From positions 16,956,589 to 17,020,588 of the forward strand of contig CP154954.1 in assembly GCA_039621445.1 (NCBI GenBank): a DNA stretch of 64,000 nucleotides. Reading direction: 5' to 3'. The DNA is from Euglena gracilis. Its lineage: Eukaryota. The stretch's first letter is position 1. Every line of letters starts with the position of its first letter. Made by a program: the position numbers and the translations under genes. The notes beneath the pieces are model-generated. The model was not told the origin of the DNA and made no database searches. It was given only the letters and a program-made list of their open reading frames with translations. Shown here piece by piece: positions 55,647-64,000 of this stretch.

Positions 55647-56912
55647 GGTGCGCATTTTGGGCACACAAGGGATTTTGTGATTTTGGGTGTTTGGGCCATC
55701 CTTGCCTTGCACACAACGTTATTTTGGCCGGGGGGGTCCGGGGGGTGTTGGGTGAGCCGACACAGCCAGAGGTAAGCTCGTGATCGTCGGAATTTGGCAA
55801 AATGCAAATCAGCGTGACATTCAGATTAGTGGTGGGAGATTGGTCCTGGGAGTGTCCTTTGACTGAAGGTTGGGGACGCCGGTTTTGTCGTGAACCTGGC
55901 GTCCCAAAAACGCCGCTTTAAGACAGGGGTGGTGGACGCCGGTTCTGTCGTGAACCCGGCGTCCAGGGACGCCGGGTTTACGACAAAACCGGCGTCCACC
56001 ACCCCTTTTCTGATATAGTGTGCTTCGCCATCTCGAGAGGACCACAATGTAATTTTTTGAATTTTTTTGCAGTGCCTCCCATGAGAGCTCCGAGCAGAGA
56101 TGTTGCTATTTTTGCGGACGAAATTTTGCATGCTCGCAACACGTCATTCACTTACATGCCGACAAGCAACAACAGAGCAGGGTGAGCATCGCATGCCATT
56201 GTGGAAACTGCTGAAGTACTGAAGTAACGTGCACGACCTGGGGAGGTCCTCAATGTGTTTATTCCAAGCTTTTGCAGAGTTAAACGGTCGTCATCGGGGT
56301 GGTGAAAAGGCACTCCAAAAGCCTTCAACCCCAACTAGGCAATGAAGGCTGTCACAAGAATTTGATGCCGGGACTATCTGGCAGTGTTCCAAGTGGTGGA
56401 ATGGGGGGGGGGGCAGAAAAAAATGGAAGTTTGTTGTTGAAGTTGCGCTGCCTCGGGCGTTTTTCACCCAGCCATTTAGGGCACGGCAGGGCGCTCCGGG
56501 TGGTTATATATTCTGCCGCTTTTTACATTACGGGGGGTGGTTTGGGACGCGGGGGGAACACCCCCCTACGACTGAAGCGCCGGCGGGATAAAAATGTGCG
56601 ACCCTGGCCCTTGTCACGACCTTCCCATGCGCAATCCTTTTGTGCAAGACCTTTTCATACCACAAGTTTTTCAAGCCCCCTGTAACCACAAATTGTGTTC
56701 TATACGTTGGAGAGAAGAATTATTTGCAGGAGCGGCCAAAGAGCAATTTTGGAAAGCAGAATAGCAAGTGCAGGGATTCCCACGTCCGTTCCCGCAGGAA
56801 TGTGGAAATAGCGTTTGCCGGGGCGTCAGCAAGTTCTCGGCAACAGGCGGTTGGAATGCAGCGCAGAGTGGGACAAGTTGGTGGACATGACCAGCTTTTT
56901 ATCTTGCGTGCA

Positions 56913-57000
56913 TAGGGCTGTTTCGATTAATCGATTAATCGATTAATCGTTCGTCATCGCCGATTAATCGAATCGTTCGGCCCATGGCGATTAATCGTTC
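56913..57000 (+). repeat. (TCGATTAA)n palindromic octamer array after TAGGGCTG; probable orphan hAT-like MITE end
   Basis: TAGGGCTGTTTCGATTAATCGATTAATCGATTAATCG; partner end not found. Confidence 0.55.
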
Positions 57001-57107
57001 ATTGTGGATCTAAACCACAATAGGCACAATATTTGTTGAAATCAACAAAAATTCGTGGGGTAGTCAGTCAGATAGCACACTACTTGCTGGTACACCATGA
57101 AAACGGT

Positions 57108-60100
57108 CTTAGACGGCCGTAACTGGACACTAAAAAATCAAATTGCGCCTGGAATTGTGGCTTGAGAAAATAGCCCTAAAAAGGGCCTTTCGCAAAATGT
57201 CAATCTTCAAAGCCCAAATAACGCCACAACTTCACCATAGAAAGCAAAATTCTTGGAAATCTTTTTGTCACAAAACCCCATGATTTCTGCGGAATTAGCT
57301 TCGAACTTGGGGAAATGAGGTTCAAAAAAGGATCAACATAGGTAGTTCAAGCGCAAATGCGCCTGAAATATCTTATTTTCAATCAGACAAGATCATTACC
57401 TGAGTTATGTTGTTGGATGGGGCTTCACTCAAATCCAGGCGCAATTGCGTCTGAACCATAGCTGGCGTTTTTTTTTGTTTTTTTTTATAAAAAAAAACGT
57501 TTTTTTTGTTTTTTATTAAAAAAACGAGCAAAAAAAAACGGCAAAAAAAAACAAAGGGGAAAATGATGGTCCAAATTTTGCCTTTGATTGCAAGCGTGAA
57601 CCAATCTTAGCTCAAATGACTTGAAAACCAATACTTTTAGTTGTCTTCAACAAGAATGGTCAAAATAGGGCATTTTTCTGCCATTTTGGGATGTTTCAAC
57701 TTGAAACATCCCAAATTAGGTGTCTTTCTCTGACCGAGGATGGGCAAAAAAAAGCTAAAATTAAAGGCAAATTTTTTTTTGCCCTGGACCCTCAATGGCG
57801 TTTTTTTTTGTTTTTTTGAAAAAAAACATGTTTTTTTTAAAAAAACCGTGTTTTTTTTTGACTTCGTTTTAAACGAAGTGCCAGCTATGGCCTGAACGCA
57901 CTCTGAAAAGAGGCTAATTTGGTGGTCCCCAAAAAAGATGAAAAAGGGTAAAACAACGTTCAAAACAAGCTCGGAGTATGCAGTCAGGAGTCTTGAATGC
58001 AAGCACTTACTTCACTGACTCAACAGACTATTTTGTGGACGCCCCCGTACAAATTAATGCACATTAGCACCAAAAAATGCTGTCATGTTTTTTGGAGCCC
58101 TATCACATCGAAATTTGAAAAAGACAAGTGACGATAAAAAAATTCATATACGTCAGATTAACTCCGAATTGACATTTCAAAAAAACGGGACGTAATTGTG
58201 GCTGACAAGAAAATTCCAGGCGCAAATGCGCCTGGATCTTCGGAGAAACGGCCCTTTTTGGCCTTACCCAGACAACCATCCAGGCGCAAATGCGCCTGGA
58301 TGGTTGCCAAAACAATTGTCAATTCACTTTAGATGAAGAATTCATTTGTCGAGATGTGAATGCCACCCTGTATGAACTGATTTTTGTATGTGACCGCTTT
58401 TTAACTTCAGTGGTTGTGTGGCAGATGTTTAGAAATACATTGACCAAACTTAGACGGCCATAACTGCACACTTTTATTCGAAAAAATTGGTCAAAATTTT
58501 GGCCTAAAACGGGTTTTCTAGGAACACTTTTGAAAAAATTCCAGGCGCATTTGCGCCTAAACCCAATTTTAAAAATTTCCACAGAGTGTCATTAAACTGT
58601 ATCTTTTTCAAGGGTTCCAGGCGCAATTGCGCCTGGAACCACCCAGAAACAGGCAAAAAAGGACCAATAATTTCACCCCAGACAGTTTTTGTCTTTGAGC
58701 AAAACCAATTGGCAAAGAATAAATATTTTGGAAAATACACACAGTGATCTATTGTTGTTTTGTCAAGGGGTGTCTCCCGAATATGTTTTTCAAGGTATTT
58801 TTGGCATCATCAAAAAAGTCCTTTGGGCGCATTTGCGCCTGGAATACCTCTCAATACACCAAACAGTGGTGATGAAAGGCGAGAATGTTCGCGAGAGGCA
58901 TCAACATTATTTTGCCAAGTGTGTCTCTTTTTATAAATCTTTTTTTCATCAACATGCAAAGTTCATTCTTCGGCAAAGTCCTTCTACTCCGTGCGTGAGG
59001 TGCCTTTGCCAAGGTTTGTAGGTGAGTGCAGAAAAATAACAGCAAGGGAAGTAGTTGAATCAATTTTTTGAAGGGTAGTGTTTGTTCTTCTTCAAAGCTG
59101 AAGTGTTTTGTAGTTTCCATTTTGAAAATTGCATTTTTTTGTGTTGCAATTTGGTGAATGATGTTTGGGAATGGTGCTCAAAAACTGCGCCACCCTGTGT
59201 TGGTCCTGGCGCAATTGCGCCTGGAATTTCAAAAATGCAATATCAACCAAAGGTATTTTTTTTGAAGGAAATATTATCTCAAAATTTTACATACAAAGAC
59301 ACATTGCGGAACCACTTGGAGTTTGTTTCTTTGGAATTGCTACTGAGGCCTTTCTCACGCTTTGCTCCAGGCGCAAAAGCGCCTACACTATTGCCGAAAC
59401 GGGCGTCAGAGGCGTCCCGGTTTCATATTGGCAAACGCCTTTGACCCATCAAAGGTTTGCGTGGAAAATGATTTGAAACACATAGCAACGTTAAGCATCA
59501 GAAAACGGACAACGAAAGCTGAAAAATGTGCACATTGTTTTCCACATCTCCCCAGTTTTGACCATGTTAAGCTTTGAGACCTGATGCAATGGTGAAGGTA
59601 AAGAGAAGCCTATTTTTAGGACATTGTGGTTTTACGGAGAAAATGCTTCAACCTAACAACATTACAATGCACTTCCTCAATATGCTCCTTCCAAGTTTAT
59701 AGAAGCAATTCAACTGCTGCTGACTTTCATTCAAAACAGATCCATACCCGATGTAGAACACTGAATCAAAATTCTCAATAAGGGATGTATTTTTGGCTTA
59801 CCAGGAATTCCAGGCGCATTTGCGCATGGATCTTTTGAGAAATGCCCTTTTCTTGCCTTGTCCACGTGTTTCTCCAGGCGCAAATGCGCCTGGACAGTTG
59901 CCAAAACAGGCCAATGGTTAATTCAAATTCATGAACAGCACATTTTGTCAAGTTGCCATTGTCTCCCTGTGCTTTTTTTTGCATACCAATTTTTCCTTGC
60001 ATTTTTATGTGGCAAATGATTGGAAACACGTCGTTGACCAATTGGCAATTGGTTGTTTGAGGTTTGAGGCGCATTTGCGGCTGGAACAATGGTGGGAAAA

Positions 60101-61935
60101 AGTTTTGTTGAGGAAAGGAATTCAATCTCAAAGAACTACGTCTCAAACATACAATTTTTTTTGCTCTTGCAATGTGTACAAAATCTGATTTGGGCAATTG
60201 CTCTTGTCATTGACGAGGTGTTTAAAATCGTAAGTTTTTTCCCTTTTTTCGGGTTGCCTTGAAGAACGAAATTTGGTGTTGTTCATTGTTTTGTGTTGCA
60301 ACCATCTCATGTGCATTACGCAAGAATTTTACCTATGTTATTGCCAGGAGTCCATCAGATGTCCTGCTTCAAATGTGTATCTGGTACGTGTCGTTCACTT
60401 GCAGTTTTTTTTTATGCCAAAATTACGTTTTGTGAACTACCTATACGACCTCTCTGCTTTGTCAAATTGAGATTCCAATTCCATCCTGGCATTTATTTTG
60501 CATTTTGCTCAGAAACTTCCTCCAATAACCATAACATCAAAGAAACTGAGCTGTGGAAAATGGTATTTATTTTTCTGACTTCGGGCTTATTCTTCATTCC
60601 CATTTGGTTTCAGGCCATTTCTGAGATTTGAAAAAGAACCATTCAAAATCATTGTGTTCCGACAAACCACAAATCCTCTCTCAACATTCACCTTCCACAG
60701 AATTCATCAACCTCCATTCTCTCTTGCAGGTAATTTTTCTAAAGGATCCTGCCAAAACTGCCAAATCGCCAAAGCAGCAGAGCCCTGCGGAGGAGCGCAG
60801 GGAGGCTAAGAAAGGTTTGAACTTGTGCAATGTTGCCATCTGTCTCGGTCCAAGTTGTTCATGTTGCAAGTTGACGTTGTAGCAAACCGTTTTGACAGTT
60901 GTTTTCAATTCATTCTTTTGCACATTTGATTTTTTTCTAGTTATCACTTATCAAAACCCCGGATTTGGTCACGTAGCCCCTCGTCTCCAACTTTGTGCTC
61001 CCTAGAGAACAAATCCTTAAATGCTGAAGTTTTGCAGCTTTGGTCTTCTTTTCTCATGCTTTGCACATTAGAATCATTCACATATCTGGCTGTTTGGTAA
61101 CAGAATTGTGTTACGATTGGTGCACCTGGTTTCTGGTATATTGTGTTTTTATTTCTGCTTTATTGTGTGGGTCGGTGGCAAAATTCTTGAATGAGGACTA
61201 ACCTCTCAAATTGATTCTGATTTAAAACATGGTCAGGTGCGCCCACTTGAGACTGAGACGGTGCGGCTTTGTTTGCAGGACCTGGCCAGCAAGCTCGCCG
61301 GCGAACTGTTCGGTGATCCGTCACACTGTTTGGCAGGAGCCAAAATGTGTTCCATTTGAGAGTTGCGGATAGTGTGGTGCGTTTTTGAGAGTACTTACTT
61401 CAATAATTATTAACTTTATGTATCTGTAAATATCTGTAAAATTGTATTCTTGAATCATTCACGCCAAATTTTGTTCCTCAAGGTAACCCGAATTAAGGGA
61501 AAAAAACTTACGATTTTAAACACCTCGTCAATGACAAGAACAATTGCCCAAATCAGATTTTGTACACATTGCAAGAGCAAAAAAAATTGTATGTTTGAGA
61601 CGTAGTTCTTTGAGATTGAATTCCTTTCCTCAACAAAACTTTTTCATACCATTGTTCCAGCCGCAAATGCGCCTCAAACCTCAAACAACCAATTGCCAAT
61701 TGGTCAACGACGTGTTTCCAATCATTTGCCACATAAAAATGCAAGGAAAAATTGGTATGCAAAAAAAAGCACAGGGAGACAATGGCAACTCGACAAAATG
61801 TGCTGTTCATGAATTTGAATTAACCATTGGCCTGTTTTGGCAACTGTCCAGGCGCATTTGCGCCTGGAGAAACACGTGGACAAGGCAAGAAAAGGGCATT
61901 TCTCAAAAGATCTATGCGCAAATGCGCCTGGAATT
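57108..61935. repeat. Region with about 15 dispersed CCAGGCGCA-WW-TGCGCCTGG palindromes, starting at a CTTAGACGGCC terminus
   Basis: Copies near 57141, 57349, 57435, 58216, 58280, 58541, 58617, 58826, 59205, 59367, 59810, 59874, 60067, 61660, 61848, 61915; CTTAGACGGCC near 57108 and 58449. Confidence 0.8.
57457..57889. mobile_element. Second CATAGCTGG-family MITE, opposite orientation, 8-bp TSD
   Basis: GTCTGAAC|CATAGCTGG...CCAGCTATG|GCCTGAAC; body is the reverse-complement homolog of the ends of 54464-55360. Confidence 0.8.
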
Positions 61936-62007
61936 CCTGGTAAGCCAAAAATACATCCCTTATTGAGAATTTTGATTCAGTGTTCTACATCGGGTATGTA
62001 TCTGTTT
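59734..62007. repeat. Inverted repeat with arms of about 550 bp (59734-60280 and 61460-62007) and a 1.2-kb spacer
   Basis: ORF-track peptides at 59775-60197(-) and 61544-61966(+) are near identical, as is the DNA. Confidence 0.92.
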
Positions 62008-62477
62008 CAGGGTTGGAATTAAAACACCTGGGAGGAGTAAAATACAAACAAACTGTTTTAAACATTTTTCAAACAGTTTCCAACAATTCAGATCGCGAAA
62101 GACAGCCTGATTCCTAACTTCTGTGTCCCGGCGAAGTAACTGAAGATCAGGGACTGAATGGAACAAGCCTGGCCCATATCCTCTCCAGAATGGTATCTGT
62201 TTGCCTTGCCCCCAAATCAAACAACACCCCACCAGAAAGCACCCAAATCAATCCCCCAAATGAGCCCCAGCAGCCTCAAAAAAGTTCCATCTTCCAAATC
62301 AATCTCCCAAATGATCCCCAGCAGCCCCAAAAAAGTTCCATCTTCCAAATTCCAACCCCCATCTACAACACCCTGGAGGATGAAAACAGGAAGTCAGCTG
62401 ATTGGACAGTGGGTTTCCAGGAGCCCCCCCCCCTCTAGAGAGGGGAGCCCCCCCAGGGGGGACAAGGAAAGGAATTT

Positions 62478-63656
62478 TTGGAAATTAAGACAAAAAAGTT
62501 GGTCGACACCATGGGTCAGACCCCTGGGAGACATTTTAAAGGAAAGACTCACCGACAAAAAACACAAGTGGGAACACATGGGGAGGAGCTTGGACTTAAA
62601 GTTGTCCAAATGGGCCCCAAAGCCCTTCCAACCCCCACCCCCCCCCCGCCAGCGCCGGAACCGGGGACCATTATCCCTGGGGGGGGCCCAACCCAAAACA
62701 TTTCCCACAGAGACCCCCCACAGGGGGGCACCAGGGAGACCCCAACCCAGCAGGCCGCCCCCGCAGCCCACCCGAGGTGGGGACACCCACGGCCCAAAAC
62801 ACCACCTCAAAGCATCACAGTGACGGACCTCCGGGAAGTGGGCACGCAGTACACACCCCCCCCCCCCCCCCCGGAAGAAGACCACCAGCCAACCACAACC
62901 AGGACGAAAAGGAGGATCGCCCCCAACAGGTCGCCAACCCTCCCCCCCCTGTGGAGATATTATCCCAGGAAATGGGGCGACCCCCTCCATATTCCCATCG
63001 GTTTTGGCGGACAGTCTCTCTCACCCTCTTACTGGCAGCAGACGGACTCGGAGAGCGGGGAAGAGTATCCCGCCCGTGCGTGCACCCGAGCGGCACCCCC
63101 CCCCCCGGAGGGACAAACCAAGAGATTGCGCGGAAGAGCGGAGCTCCCCAAACCGGTCCTAGTCCAAAGCAGGATGTGGAGGCAGGAACTCTCCCGTTTC
63201 ACGGTATGGTGCAAGCGGGAACAATGTTTCCTCTTCCAAAAAGACTGCTGGAACAGGCACTTCAAGGTGCGCTGTGGACTCTGCCATCGCCTTCTGCCCA
63301 GCACACCCAAAACGCTGGATCAACATTATTTCGTGTGCACGATACAATTTATGCACGAGGCAGATGAAATTGAGTCGCTTGGACGGGGGACGGCAACTGC
63401 TGGGGGCTGTGTGGAGGAGAATCCGGGGCCGGCCTCAGCTGACGGGGACTACATGCTGGACGCCCCGTGGCAACGAAGAGTTGTCCAGAGGCTGAGCCCA
63501 GTTCTGGAGCCCGAAATAGACGCCTTCGCGGCTGCACATAACAGTCATTACCCTCACTTCTGGGATAAGAGCACAAATGCGCTTCTGCAGGACTGGAATC
63601 GGAGAAACCCGGTATGGATGAACCCGCCGTGGCACTCTTGCTGCCCCAGATTCTAA
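62478..63656 (+). CDS. Probable mobile-element polyprotein: Pro-rich region, Cys/His finger, 2A-like motif, N-terminal part of a Dam-like N6-adenine DNA methyltransferase
   Basis: 392-codon ORF containing CGLC-x13-HYFVC, GCVEENPGP (63405-63431), and DYML...EIDAFAAAHN...FW...NALLQDW...VWMNPPW. True start uncertain. Confidence 0.75.
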   Translation: MEIKTKKLVDTMGQTPGRHFKGKTHRQKTQVGTHGEELGLKVVQMGPKALPTPTPPPPAPEPGTIIPGGGPTQNISHRDPPQGGTRETPTQQAAPAAHPRWGHPRPKTPPQSITVTDLREVGTQYTPPPPPPEEDHQPTTTRTKRRIAPNRSPTLPPLWRYYPRKWGDPLHIPIGFGGQSLSPSYWQQTDSESGEEYPARACTRAAPPPPEGQTKRLRGRAELPKPVLVQSRMWRQELSRFTVWCKREQCFLFQKDCWNRHFKVRCGLCHRLLPSTPKTLDQHYFVCTIQFMHEADEIESLGRGTATAGGCVEENPGPASADGDYMLDAPWQRRVVQRLSPVLEPEIDAFAAAHNSHYPHFWDKSTNALLQDWNRRNPVWMNPPWHSCCPRF

Positions 63657-64000
63657 ACAAGCTCAAGGCAGAAGGAGGGCATGTCCTTCTCCTGTGTCCA
63701 TCCACGCGGCCAGAACTGCACCACCTCCTGCTGATTGCGGAAAACTCTCTCCGCTTACCTACCGGAACCCCATTGTATCGTGCCCAGGGGAATCTGCTTT
63801 TGGAACCGCCACCGTGGTCCACATGGGCCATGCGGATACACACGAAGCCCCTGTCCCGCACATCCGCCCGACCGACGTGTCGGATGACGCCACCGTATCA
63901 GCGGTCACGCCACACCAAAATCCCGCACATCAGGGCCACGGATCTGCCGCCCCCCCGAGGCATGGGTCGCCCTCGACTGCGCCAAAGGATCCTTCCGACT
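63638..64000 (+). CDS. Continuation of the Dam-like methyltransferase after a frameshift; open to the window edge
   Basis: LLPQILNKLKAEGGHVLLLCP...LRLPTGTPLYRAQGNLLLEPPPWSTWAMRI matches the usual post-NPPF/W helix-strand pattern of retroelement-associated adenine MTases; no stop to 64000. Confidence 0.7.
   Translation, partial: MLPQILNKLKAEGGHVLLLCPSTRPELHHLLLIAENSLRLPTGTPLYRAQGNLLLEPPPWSTWAMRIHTKPLSRTSARPTCRMTPPYQRSRHTKIPHIRATDLPPPRGMGRPRLRQRILPT

Noticed and set aside
54464-57889. One 3.4-kb element with long TIRs
   Set aside because: Outer flanks do not match; each half has its own TIR pair and TSD, so these are two MITEs in opposite orientation.
57108-61935. Dispersed 20-bp palindromes as CRISPR repeats or as tiny CAG...CTG introns
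   Set aside because: Spacing is highly irregular, and I found no recognisable protein that their removal would restore (not exhaustively tested).
63447-64000. Bacterial restriction-modification gene or contaminant
   Set aside because: Fused in frame to a Pro-rich/Cys-His region and a 2A-like motif, no operon context, contiguous with eukaryotic repeats. A misjoin cannot be fully excluded without reads.

Overview
Eukaryotic, TE-rich genomic DNA, most likely from a euglenid (inferred from its intron types). (1) A minus-strand CLPTM1-family gene, reconstructed by hand as 17 exons (17261-46907, about 558 codons in one continuous frame; 5' end unresolved). Its 16 introns are 5 GT-AG, 2 GC-AG, 1 apparent GA-AG, 7 euglenid-type nonconventional (base-paired ends, no GT/AG) and 1 intermediate. 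(2) Positions 1-14280 are a diverged copy of 40179-54772, including five CLPTM1 exons, and end shortly before a 13-N gap, so this is either a tandem duplication or two haplotypes placed in tandem. (3) Many nested TIR elements with TA, 5-bp, 7-bp or 8-bp TSDs, a 951-bp fold-back element, a CGGBP1-like transposase relic, and micro/minisatellites. (4) At the right edge, a plus-strand ORF has a Cys/His-rich region, then a 2A-like motif (GCVEENPGP), then immediately a Dam-like N6-adenine methyltransferase domain (NPPW), running off the window. This is the strongest novelty candidate. All coordinates were read by eye and no database searches were run.
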